DNA of 64,000 bases from Octopus sinensis (GCF_006345805.1 NC_043005.1:51584001-51648000); one strand, 5' to 3'. Counted from the stretch's first letter, positions 11,914 to 24,218 are shown. Translations and numbers: made by a program. Notes: generated by a model not told the origin, from the letters alone.

Positions 11914-12864
11914 GTATATACTAAAAATTAATATAATCAGCTAGGTGCAGTGTAATACCATAAAGGAAAGGAAAAATTTAATTCTCACTAAATGTACTGG
12001 GGGTACCAAAGCACCTACATTGTTAGAAATAAGAGTTCAGCACCCTCAGCCACATTTAGTGACGATTAAATGTGTGTGTGTGTGTGTCCCACCCCGACTT
12101 GGATAACTGGTGTTTGTTTATGTTCTTATAACAAAGTGGTTTGGCAAAAGAGATTGCTGGAATAAGCAGCTTTCTTAAAAAATAGTATTGGTATTGATTT
12201 GTTCCAGTGCCCTAGCATGGCTGCAGTCCAATGAGTGAAACAAGTAAAAGATAAAAGATGTGTGTGGGGTGTGTGTGTGTTGGCACGTAAAAAGCACCAT
12301 CCGATCGTGGCCATTTGCCAGCTTCGTCTGGCACCTGTGCCGGTGGCACATAAAAAGCACCCACTACACTCACGGAGTGGTTGGCATTAGGAAGGGCATC
12401 CAGCTGTAGAAACACTGCCAGATCAGACTGGGCTTGATGCAGCCTTCTGGCTTCCCAGACCCCAGTTGAACCGTCCAACCCATGCTAGCATGGAAAGCGG
12501 ACGTTAAATGATGATGATGATATATATATATATATATCTATACACACACATATAAATATGGCCTAGTGGTTAGTGTTGCAGTCATGATCATGACTTCAAT
12601 TCCTAGACCGAGTGGTGCATTGTGTTCTTGAGCAAAACACTTCATCTCACGCTGCTTTTTAATCACTTCAACACCTGACGTGTGGTACACTGTGCGCCTG
12701 TTCAGTCAACATTGATTTGATACAGAGAATGAGCTAATGTGCGGCATGGGCATTTGATCACTACAAACAAATCATTTGTGCAGGTCATTTGACCAAAGCT
12801 GAATGCTCATACATCATCTTTGAGAGAGTCCATCATATATGTGTAATATAAATTGGACATGGAC

Positions 12865-13394
12865 GATCGTTGTATTCTTTCTTGTCTTGAGGTTCACAGC
12901 CAAACGGTTGGGTGGATTTGTGTGAAAAATGGCACACATGTGGAGAGGGTGCATAGATTGGAATGCGGTTTGTATTTTTTTTCTTGCCCCCATACTTACC
13001 GAGAAAATCGCTTAAAACTTTTCTAATGGAATTCCCCTGTTTGTTCCGCCATTAAAACAAGTTGCTCACACAGCCAGCATATACCATTTTGCTAGCAACA
13101 AGGGGAGTACAGGATGACAGTTAACCAAAACTTTCGCTATGCTGTCTCTCTTTCACCTCTTTGTGGGGTTAATAACCTTAATCTTTAGTTACAGTTTCTC
13201 ATTCGAACTACATAATAGGCAGAGTTGTCGGATTAAGACAGTAGGGTGTTTTGAGGGAGATTTGGCTGCTATTTCTACCAGGTCTAGCTACCATGTACAG
13301 GTCTGAACTTAATTTTCATTCACGTATGCCTAACCGAAAACGATCACAGCCACATCATCCAAACAGACCAGGTGAAACCGGGCTTAGCTGCTAG
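12865..13394 (+). mobile_element. Non-autonomous Helitron-like element (3' end clear, 5' end approximate)
   Basis: GC-rich hairpin CCAGG-TGAAA-CCGGG (13368-13382), then CTAG (13391-13394), then T: the canonical Helitron 3' terminus. Confidence 0.6.
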
Positions 13395-13421
<27 letters not shown>

Positions 13422-13426
<5 letters not shown>

Positions 13427-13725
13427 GAAATGAAGAAAATGCTGACAAAATAATTTAAGTAATTTAATTAGGTGAAAGTTCTTTTTACCAGTTGCACATT
13501 TGTTATGCTTATCAAAAGATGTTTTTTTAAGAGAGATAGTTACTTTCTGATAGATTTTTTCCTCTTATCTGGAAAGATAAGAGGAAAAAATCTATCAGAA
13601 AGTAACTCTATCTCTCTTAAAAAAACATCTTTTGATAAGCATAACAAATGCGCAACCGGTAAAAAGAACTTTCACCTAATTAAATTACTTAAATTATTTT
13701 GTCAGCATTTTCTTCATTTCCTTTT
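13422..13725. repeat. Near-perfect long palindrome (149/151-bp arms, GGAA loop) in an SDHA intron
   Basis: 13422-13570 is the reverse complement of 13575-13725 apart from 2 substitutions and a 2-nt indel. Flanked by (TA)n. Confidence 0.95.
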
Positions 13726-13892
13726 TTATATATCACAACTCGTGTTCCACATCTCCTTTTTTAAATATATATATATATATATTGATATGGAGTTTGATTA
13801 CTTGAAATTCTCAACTTCTTTTACACCTTAACTTGTGTATGAAATGAAAGTTTTTTTTATTATTTCTGTTACTCTCCATTTTCACTGAGCAG

Positions 13893-14000
13893 GACCGAGT
13901 GGATGAATACGACTACAGTAAATCTACTGAAGGACAAGAGAAGAAATCTGATCATTGGAGAAAACATACCATCAGTTATTGTGATCCTGAAACAGGGAAA
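13893..14000 (+). CDS. SDHA: SDHA coding exon
   Basis: CAG acceptor, GTAAGT donor at 14001. [36 protein letters not shown]. 108 nt. Confidence 0.94.
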
Positions 14001-14239
14001 GTAAGTTGACCTTTATTTTGGACATCACAATCCTACATTGTTTTCCTGCTCCTTTTCCTTTCAAGTTCAGTGAGAAAGGATGTTAAGGGATACTATTTTT
14101 GTACTAAGAGAGTAAAATGAGTTAACCCTTTAAAACTATGAAATTAAATTTCTTGGTTATTTCTGTGATGACGTTGAATTGTTAAGTAGCAGCCAAAAAA
14201 TGAAATTTTCTGCAAGTCACAATACTGCAATAAACTTGA

Positions 14240-14790
14240 CAGATGAGGCTGTGTGGTAAGAAGCTTGCTTCCCAACCACATGGTTACAGGTTCAGTTCCA
14301 CTGCATGGCACTGTGGGTAAGTGTCTTCTACTATAGTCTTGTGAGTGGATTTGGTAGATGGAAACTGAAAGAAGCCTGTCGTGTGTGTGTTTCTTTCTTG
14401 ATGTCTGTGTCCCCCACCCCCCACCGCTTGACAACTGGTGTTGGTGTCCCGTAACTTAATGGTTTGGTGAAAAGAGACCGATAGAATAAGTACCAGGCTT
14501 ACAAAAAATAAGTCCTGGGGTCGATTTGTTCGATTAAAAGCCTAAAAAGTACTATTTGAGTGTGGCTGCTGCCAGTACCACCTGACTGGCCCTTGTGCCG
14601 GTGGCACGTAAAAGCACCCAATACACTCTCGGAGTGATTGGCGTTAGGAAGGGCATCCAGTTGTAGAAACTCTGCCAGATCAGATTGGAGTCTGGTGCAG
14701 CCTTCTGGTTCGTCAGACCTCAGTCAAATCGTCCAACCCATGCTAGCATGGAAAGCGGACATTAAACGATGATGATGATGATGATGATGA
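14240..14790 (+). mobile_element. SINE family B copy followed by a family D module
   Basis: Head GCTGTGTGGTAAGAAGCTTGCTTCCCAACCACATGG..GGTTCAGTTCC, body GAGTGGATTTGGTAGA.GGAAACTGAAAGAAGCC, then a (GAT)n-tailed module. Confidence 0.8.
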
Positions 14791-15005
14791 TTACTTCCAT
14801 TTTAACAAACTGAAATTTTACTAAAGGGTTTCCTCAGTTAAGATATATACATACATGTATACATTCACACTCACATAAATATGCACATACCTACATACAG
14901 CATTAAACAGTCAATATTAGCGTTTTCAATCTATATATGACTTATGGTTTTTATTTTCCAAAATTATATTTTTACATTCTTTTTTTGTTTGTTTCATTTC
15001 GAAAG

Positions 15006-15092
15006 GTTGAACTTATCTACAGACCTGTAATTGATGACACACTAAAACCAGAAGACTGTCCATATGTCAAGCCAGCAATTCGTTCTTATTAA
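15006..15092 (+). CDS. SDHA: SDHA last coding exon
   Basis: AAG acceptor after a pyrimidine tract. VELIYRPVIDDTLKPEDCPYVKPAIRSY-TAA with the typical SDHA C-terminus (PAIRSY). 87 nt including stop. Confidence 0.95.
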   Translation, partial: VELIYRPVIDDTLKPEDCPYVKPAIRSY

Positions 15093-15615
15093 GTTATTTT
15101 GTAAGTTTCTTTTACTCAACTGCTTTATTTACACCTCTTTGTCATCTTCGGTTTCATATTTAATCCCTAAGGTGCAGAGATCAGATTAAAGCCACATACC
15201 ACAGCAATGACTTCACTAGTGTGCTGTCTGTCCTCCTTCAAAGTGCATCCACCAAATCAAACCTACAAGTGTAGGGGAGGGCTGCAAAGGTTATGGGTGA
15301 TGCTAGCTTCTATTCTCTTTTAGCATTAAGAAGAGCATCTAACTATAGAAACCATGCCAAATCAGACTGGAACCTGGTGCAGCTCTCTGGTTTACCAGTT
15401 TGTCAGACCACCCAACCCATGCCAGCATGGAAAGTGGACATTAAGTGATGATGATGATGAGGCATGGCAGTGTGGTAAGAAGTTTGCTTCCCAACCACAT
15501 GGTTCTGGGTTCAGATTCACTGCATAGTACCTTAGGCAAGTGTCTTCTACTATAGCCTTGTGCTGGCCTAAGCCATGTGAGTGGATTTGGTAGACGGAAA
15601 CTGAAAGAAGCCAGT

Positions 15616-15659
<44 letters not shown>

Positions 15660-16119
15660 TTTCTATTGGTGGCTCAGCAAAAGAGACTGATAGAATAAGT
15701 ACCAGGCTTTAAAAAAATGTACCGGGGTCAATTTCTTTGTTCCTCAAGATGGTGCTCCAGCATGGCTACAGTCTAATGACTGAAACAAGTAAAAGATATT
15801 GAGAACTTCCAGAACAAATCCAAATGGTTGATAAAAGAAGAATGTTAAGATTTATCTTTTGGAAGGGATAGAATAGTTGTTTTTATTGAATCATTCTGGA
15901 ATCAGTAACTGTTAATCTCAGAATTCTCAGGAGTACAACACAATGGCTGTTATGTGTATGTTTGTGCTAATATTTGACCTCATGGCTATTTGATCAAAAG
16001 TTATCCTGTTAACCTCACAAAAGTTGGCATTTTATTGCATCAAATTTCATAAAATTTTTCAAATAAGATTTTTGGTCCACTGAAATCTTCTTGCATACAA
16101 GTCAATGTAGTATAAGAGT

Positions 16120-16410
16120 AAAAGGGTAAAGACCCCACCTTCAGTCATTAACCTCCGAGGTACAAATCTGGGCAAGGTTGTTTTTGGAAGACCAGCAGTT
16201 GCCCATATGCACCAGTCTCGACTCTCCATGCCACTGATGTTATCCAAGGGAAAGGCAAAGGCCAATGCAGCTTGGCACCAGTGACATCGGCACTCATTTC
16301 TACTGCTGAATGAACTGGAGCATTAGTCAAGAACACAAAACTCTGGGATTCGAACTCACTACCTCATGACTATGAGCCCGATGCTCTAACCACTGAGCCA
16401 TGTGCTTCAC
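16120..16410 (-). mobile_element. SINE family E (tRNA-like head)
   Basis: The minus strand starts with a tRNA-like head (+ strand GGATTCGAACTC...CTAACCACTGAGCCA). Body shared with 48775-49060. Confidence 0.7.
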
Positions 16411-18449
16411 ACCAATGTAGTATGTAGTGTTAGCATTTAAACATTGTCAAATGTTTCCAAATCTTACAGCATTTCACAGTGGTATAATTGGTCTTCCATA
16501 TCATCCTGGTATATAACTTGATCGATCTTTTTCACTGTAAATTTCAGTCTGAAAAATTTGACATCTATGCTGGAAAATTCGATACATATGTAACTAAATG
16601 ACACCATGTCGGTTATGATGACGAGTGTTCCAATCGATCCAATAAACGGAACAGCCTGCTGATGAAATTAATGTGAAAGTGGTTGAGCACTCCACAGACA
16701 TGCATGCCCTTAACATAGTTCTCAGGGAGATTCAGCGTGACACAATGTACAAAGCTGGTTCCTTTGAATTACAGGTATAATTCATTTTTGCCAGCCGAGT
16801 AGATGAGAGCAACGTGAAATAAAGTGCCTTGATCAAGGGCACAACACACCACCAGGAATTGAACTTATGACCTTAAGCCAAATACCCTAACCAATAAGCC
16901 ACATGCTTTCACAAATTTTAAAATTTTGGTTTGAAAAATTTGACTTGTATGCTGGAAAACTTCACACACACATTGACACATACATAATGTATATTCTTGC
17001 CTACAAGTCGACATACTATATTTTGCAAACATCCAAACATTGTCACCATCTTTCAAAATGCTACTGCATTTCACAATGGAATATTTGGTCTTCAGTATTG
17101 TTTTGATGTATAAGTCAGCCACTTTTTTTGGTTGTAAATGTTGTTTTTAAAAATTCGACTTGTATGCTGAAAAATAATTTAATTTCTCCTAACAGACTCT
17201 GAGTTGAGATTCTGCTTTGGTTAAACTTTGTATTTCATCCTTACGAAGTTGATAAAATTAGTACCAGTTAACTATGGAATTCAAAGCATTTTGAAAATTT
17301 CTGACCTTGTGCCAGTATTAGAGATTATTTGTTACTTTAGTTGTTGTTGTTTCACATTATAATTATTGTAATATTTGCTTTATTATTGCAGCTAGAAAAC
17401 CTAAGAACCTTAGCGTTGGCCACCTCTTTTAGACGTTACCTGCAGCTGTCACAAATATATTTATGGTTTCTGGATATCTTCATCCTTTTCTCACAACTGG
17501 AAAGAAACTTATATAAACATTCACACACAGAGACACACACGTATGTTGATACATAAATACATATATACATACATACATACATAAATACATATATAATTAA
17601 ATAAAATAAGCACATCCACTTTGGAGAACATTCTGGGTTTACCCAGTCTTGTATAGATATTAAAATGTTTTTAAAAAAAAAAGTTTTATTTTATTATTAT
17701 GATTATTATTATTATTATTATTATTAAGGCAGCAAGCTGGCAGAATCGTTAGCATGCCAGGTGAAATGCTTAGTGGTATTTCGTCTGTCACTACTTTCTG
17801 AGTTCAAATTCTGCCGAGGTCAACTTTGCCTTTCATCCTTTTGGGGTCGATAAAATAAGTACCAGTTGAACACTGGGGTCGGTATAATCGACTAGTTCCC
17901 TCCCTCAAAATTTCAGGCCTTGTGCCTTTAGTAGAAAGGATTATTATTATTATTATTATTATTGCTTTTTGGCAAATAAGGTCTCTTTCCTTTGTATCCT
18001 TAAGTTTAAAAATATCTTGTTTTTCTATTAGTGATAAATTGTGTTATTCATTGTTGTAGAACCAATCACAACTGTAAATGACTAGTTGTTTTCTCTGTTT
18101 TTTGATCCCTTGGAGCCAAAATTTGAGAAGATATTTCTGAAACTTATTTTGAACACAATATTAGACTGTAACCAGCCAACCAGCCAGAGGGTTTAGTGAG
18201 GGGCGCTTTGAGAGGAAAATGGAACTATTTGTATGAATGTTTTCCTCCTGTGATAGGCCAAAGTTAAAAATATTAATACCCACCGCTGTAACAAATATCA
18301 GCCTCGACAACAGTAACGATAACAAGTACAATTACATACCAAATGAAAAGTACTACAGTAGCAGAATGACAAAAACAACTCCACTGCTGCTGTTGTCACA
18401 AACACTACAACTATTTAAAATAAATTAATAAACGATGAACTATTTCTGG

Positions 18450-19960
18450 AATTTGGGATCTTCTCTCAAATAGCGAGATCTGAAGACTTTTAAGTGGAGC
18501 CTTCAAGGAATCTCTGAACTCCTTGGTAACCAGATTGTTTTTCAACCAAAAGTAAATAGATTCTCACCTTTTTCCCGCTACTCAGTGGAAAATGGTACTT
18601 AAAGTACATCTGACATTTAACAAATGACCTCAGCTTAGTAGGTAATAGATGTTGCGAGGGCTGGATGCATGCTCTTATGCCCATCGATAACTTCGATATA
18701 TTGCTTCTCTTAGTCGGCCTTGAAAAGCCTGGATTTCGAAGTTCTGCCATACTTCCTAGATCTGGATGATGCGTTGGTGGTCCTGGAAGTGAGCTGTAGT
18801 GAAGGCGGTGCCTTCAGACTTGTAGCTGTCTATTATCCCTTTTAAAGGAATGCAACTTTGATCAAGGCAGAGATGAATCCGTATAAGTTAATGGGCTTGC
18901 AGTTTAGTACTTCGAGAAGCAAGGCCAGATTGTTCATCCAGCGTCGTGGGCCAATGGGTGAATGGTTCGGTTTTGTCGATTGGAGTCTGGTTTGGACCAG
19001 ACCTCAAGTGACATTAGGAACAGGGTGATCAGTTTCACCAAGAAATGGGCCGGGAGTACGATAACATTGAAAGGTCTGGTAGAAGTTATATATCACCTTA
19101 TATCGTCTCTCTACTTTGTTACTCTCTGACCATCTAGTTTACATTTGTGTAGTGAGGAGTGGTCTGCTCCTTGGCTTTTTTGTGGAAAGGACGTGATCCT
19201 TTGCTCAGACAATCAGTCCATTTACTCTCACTCCTTCCTTACATGGGAGGTTTGATATGCTGTGGATGATGATGCCCTAGTGTGCTCTGGCTACAACACA
19301 AGATTCGTAGACAGTGAGCAGATGTGGCTCCCTATTGGCAGGAACATCTTTTCATAGCTCGTCTCCTTGACGGAGCTGCAATCCTGGGTTAAGCAAAGCT
19401 CAAGACTGGGTACTTGGTATACGGGTATGAAATGTCAAGCGTTCTCCAGAGGACGAGTAATGAAGAAGGGCAACGAAGTTCTTGGAAACACTAGGCATCA
19501 ACAAGACTTGGTCTCTCTGGTACAGAAAACTTTCAACTCAGGAACTATGAATGAATTCAAGAAATCTCCGACGTGGTGCTGTTACTGGTGGATATTGCTA
19601 ATTCAAGACAAACTCTACAAGCCTGGAAATGCTGCTAGATGAGTCTGTACCAAATGTGAGCAGACCAACGAAACTATTTTGTATGTACTCTTTCAGTATC
19701 TGAGCATTATTGGTTTGTGAATTTTGGTCAAATATAGCTGTTGTCGTGGGTCGAACGGTTTGCCTGTCAGACAAATCTTTCAAGATTTCTACCCCCTCCC
19801 TACCAGTCATCTTTTACTGGCTTTGGCGAAAGCAGTTGTGTGGTGAGACTGGAAAGAGTATAGAGATAGACATACTTTCAGTTACCCCTTGGAAGAAGGT
19901 AAGAATGAAACAGGAAGTGCAGCCCCCAATTAGTTATTTGAAAAGTAAGTGGGAATGGTG
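18450..19960 (+). mobile_element. Decayed L1/Tx1-like LINE ORF2 3' fragment
   Basis: CTKCEQTNETILYVLFQ at ~19646-19700 resembles the C-x2-C-x4-ET zinc-knuckle at the end of L1/Tx1 ORF2. A related CLRCMQTNET motif is on - at ~29620-29660. Many stops. Confidence 0.5.
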
Positions 19961-21029
19961 AACATAGTACTTACAAATGAACCTACTCTGAGCATGCAGC
20001 TGTAAGCCTAGAAAACAATAAATGGCGAGGGCACTTTTAATGGTTGATTCAAGGTTTTGTGGGGTTTCCTCAATTGGGCCCATGCAGCCGAGAGGGCACT
20101 TGCCTTTCGTAGTTAAGGTGATTCAGGTTTTGTGAGGTTTCCTCAATTGGGCCCATGTAGCTGTCCCCTTTTTCATTGCGAAATTTTGTTGGAAGTTTTT
20201 TTTTGTTATTTCTGTCTCCATGTTCTACTCAATACTCCTATGTTTGTATCTTCTTTTTTTGCACTGTTCTCTTTCCTTTGTGCTTTTGTTTGTACCTAAT
20301 AAAGAAATCATCATCATCAGTTTTATTATTATTATTATTATTAGTAGTAGTAGTATTAGTATTGTTGTTATTAAGGCAGCGAGCTGGCTGAATCGTTAGC
20401 GCGCAGGACGAAATGCTTAGTGGTATTTCGCCCGTCGCTACATTCTGAGTTCGAATTCTGTCTTTCGGGGTCGATAAATTAAGTACCAGTGAAACACTGG
20501 GGTCGATGTAATCGACTATCCCCCTCCTTCAAAATTTCAGGCTTTGTGCCTATGGTAGAAAGCATTATCAGTAATATTAATACGCCAACTTTTTGTCTTT
20601 GTACGTACCTGTTGTGTGCGTCACAGTTCTTTGAAGTGGCGAGAGAGAGGAAATAAGAGAGGTGTGAGAGAGAAAGAGAGTGAAATAGGCATCAGTGGTG
20701 ACGGCATTCGTTTTGGGCTTTTAAATGTTTCAGGGAGGACGTAAGAAAGAAAGAAAGAGAGTGAGAAAACGTGAAAGAGAAAGAGACAATGAGTGCTACA
20801 ACTCGAGACATATATGTATATATATATGTGTGTGTGAATATATATGCGTGTGTGTATAGTATAAGTTAGTTAAAACATGTTTGCAATAATCAGTGCCGCG
20901 TGGTGGAAATAAACGCATTTACTAAACTTTTATTCATAAATCCATTTATTATTTCGTTCTTTTGCATTTCAATTTGTACCCAGAAATTTTCGACAACTGC
21001 GCACCAGAAGAAATAGGGGGGGGGGAATT

Positions 21030-21353
21030 CCCAGAATTAAACTTAGCCTAAGTGATGCAAATATTCCATTCACACTCAACAGACTTCAGTTTCCACTTCG
21101 ACTTGCATATTCAATGACAATTGATAAGGCTGAAGAGCAAGCATTTGAAAAAGTTGGAATACATTTGCCTCAACTGGTATTTTCTCATGGCCAATTATTA
21201 TATGTCGCATTTTCAAGAGCACGAGCTATGAACAATATCAAAGTAAGAGTTATGACACTCAATTGGGATGACAGACAAGGCCAAAAACGTGGTGTGACAT
21301 ACAAAATATTGTCTATCATGAAGTACTGCGAGGAAGATCACTGCACCAGCTAG
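21030..21353 (+). pseudogene. Helitron RepHel PIF1-like helicase C-terminal remnant
   Basis: PRIKLSLSDANIPFTLNRLQFPLRLAYSMTIDKAEEQAFEKVGIHLPQLVFSHGQLLYVAFSRAR..., then NIVYHEVL after a frameshift. Matches the PIF1 helicase motifs FP(V/L)RLAFAMTINKSQGQT and VFSHGQLYVAFSR, with substitutions. Confidence 0.88.
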
Positions 21354-21731
21354 CATCACACACCATCATTACACATCCACATTACACCTTTAAGATCGGT
21401 GAACCAGTTAGAGACCCGCTGGATCTCTCTCGGCATACCAGCAAACCACAAAATTGCACCAGCCAGCATCACAACTACCCGTCATATGTATGTATGAATG
21501 TATGTTTGTGTGTGTGTGTGTGTGTATTTGTCCCACCACCAGCATTGCTTGACAACCGATGTTGGTGCGTTTGTATCCCTGTAATTTAGCTGTTCAGCAG
21601 AAGAGACTGATAGAATAAGCACCAGGCTTACAGGGAATAAGTCCAGGGGCCAATTTCTTCGATTAAAGGGTGACCACCGTGAAATGACTGAAACAAGTAA
21701 AAGAATAGCAGAAAAACGCTTGCCCCTCCTT

Positions 21732-22117
21732 GGAATTTTCCAGGAAGTACCCATCATCCTCGGACTTTTCCAGGAAGTTCTCCCCCTCCGGAATTTTCCA
21801 GTCCTTTATCCTCTCCTCGGACTTTTCCAGGAAGTCCCGTTCACCCCTCCTCAAACTTTTCCAGGAAGTCCTTCATCCCCTTTCTTGGACTTTTCCAGGA
21901 AGTTATCCTCCCTCCACGGACTTTTCCAGAAGTCCCACTAACCCTCCTCAGATTTTTCCTGGAAGTACTACCCACCACTCCGTGGTCTTTTCCAGGAAGT
22001 TCTTCTTCCCCCTCCATGAACTTTTCTAGGAAATCCTTCCTCCTCTCCTTGGACTTTTCCAGGAAGTTCTTCCACCCATTCTTCTCCTTTCCCCCTCCTC
22101 GAACTTTTTCAGGAAAT
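21732..22117 (+). repeat. Degenerate repeat/spacer array, 12 cores GGACTTTTCCAGGAAGT
   Basis: Cores at 21732, 21762, 21790, 21819, 21853, 21887, 21918, 21950, 21984, 22018, 22051 and 22101, separated by variable pyrimidine-rich linkers. Confidence 0.9.
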
Positions 22118-23051
22118 CCTTCCTCCCCTCCTTTTCCTTTAGAGTCTTCAATTAATATATGTTGGATATTCGCAAATAACATAATATAATGTGCTCACAC
22201 TCTTATGCACGCACATACACATATGGATTGATACAATTGTCTCATTTGTATGATAAATTTCACTTTTATCAATAAATACATATATCGATTAGCTCGATTT
22301 GCTTTAATTGGTCTATCTGATTTATTTAAACGCTTAGTAATCGTGGATAATTTAAGGAAGGTGTCCGATCACTGATGAAATCCCACCAGAGAATTGAAAC
22401 CAGACTGCGTAATCTCATTTGTTTTCCCTCCATGTAGATGCATGGAAAGACGTCTGGGTGGTAGATTATTGGTTTCAAATTTTGGCACAAGTCCAGCAAG
22501 ATTAGGGGAGGGAGTAAGTCGATTGCAGCGACTCCAGTATTTGGCTGTTACTTGTTTTATCGACCCAGAAAAGATAAAAGACAAAGTAGACCTCGGCGGA
22601 ATTTGAACACAGAACACCGCCTTAAAAATATTACTTTCAAGGTTTGGTAGAAGGCCAGCTATTTTGTGGAAATGATAGGTCGATTAGATCGACACCAGTG
22701 CTCAATTGGTACTTATTTTATCGACCGTGAAAGAATGAAAGGTAAAGTCGATCTCAATGGAATTTGAACTCGGAACGTAAAGACGGACGAAATGTTGCCA
22801 AGCATTTTGCCCAGCGTGCTAACGATTCTGCCAAGTAGAATTTTTAACTTCAGGATTCTTTCCCTAACATTTATGACTATAGAGGAGGATAGAAACCAAA
22901 TTGAAAATAACGGTAAGTGGAGACGTTTAAGTATCCCGAAGTCCTATTCGCGAATGATGGAAAGCAAGAAGATGAATTGGATACCAGAATTGCTGATGCT
23001 GACAACAGTAATGTGCTAACCCCAGCATTCGATCCTTAGAAAAGAAGCGGT

Positions 23052-23441
23052 TACTCTTTTACTCTTTTTACTTGTTTCAGTCATTTGACTGCGACCATGC
23101 TGGAGCACCGCCTTTAATCGAGCAAATCGACCCCAGGACTTATCCTTTGTAAGCCTAGTACTTATTCTATCGGTTTCTTTTGCCGAACCGCTAAGTTACG
23201 GGGACGTAAACATACCAGCATCGGTTGTCAAGCGATGTTGGGGGGACAAATACAGGCACACACACACACGCTCACATATACGACGGGCTTCTTTCAGTTT
23301 CCGTCTTCCAGATCCACTCACAAGACTTTGGTCGGCCCGAGGCTATAGTAGAAGACACTTGCCCAAGGTGCCACGCAGTGGGACTGAAACCGGAACATTG
23401 TGGTTGTAAAGCAAGCTACTTACTACACAGCCATTCCTGCC
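23052..23441 (-). mobile_element. SINE family B, near full length
   Basis: Complete head-body-(CA/TA)n-tail structure. Sister copies at 24907-25358, 39140-39445 (+), 51097-51532 and 61845-62240. Confidence 0.85.
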
Positions 23442-23598
23442 TCTAATATTTTAGTAAAAGAATTTATGATTTGTCTTTTACTTGTTTCAGCCATTAGATT
23501 GCGTCCATGCTGGGGCACTTCTTTGAATAATTTTTAGCCGAAAGAATCGAACTTAAGTTACATGAATGTAAACACGTTACAAACTAACACACACATAT

Positions 23599-23658
<60 letters not shown>

Positions 23659-24218
23659 CTGGCTCTCAGCTTCCATCTAATAAATCCACTCACAAGACTT
23701 TAGCCATCCCGAGGCTATAGTACAAGACACCCAAAGCGTCACGCAGTGGGACTGAATTCGGAACCATATGGTTAGAAACAAACTTATTGCCACACAGTGA
23801 TGAATGCTAAGTTGTCTGAAGTAATTTAGTCGCAATAGTGACTATACATCTTAGGTAACTTGCGATAACTTCTATAGATTGAGTCACAAAATATTTTACA
23901 AAAGTTAGTGGAAAAAAAGTACTGTTCGTTCAAGGGAAATAACTTCCAAATAAATATACAAACTTATCTCCCGTTAATTTGGGTACATTTTTATTTTTAC
24001 GTCTTGAGGTATTCAGCAGGTAAACTCATGAAGGACTTGTTCGCGCGCGAGTTTAGCACGGAATTTTGTCAGTGAACAGGTCGCGGTCTCAAAGCGACGA
24101 AAATATTTTGACAAATTAAATTTAAATGTTGAAGCGAATCTAACGATTTTTCCGTGTGTTTAAATGGCTTATAAACACCTTCCACGCTGCAATTGTTAAT
24201 ATATATATATATATATAA

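Noticed and set aside
21732-22117. True CRISPR array
   Set aside because: Spacers are short, similar to each other and pyrimidine-biased; the repeats are degenerate; no cas genes; animal genome.
22365-22430. Hammerhead candidate CTGATGA...GAAAC...GTA
   Set aside because: Stem II has only ~3 bp and stem I cannot pair next to the core; likely chance or too decayed to support.
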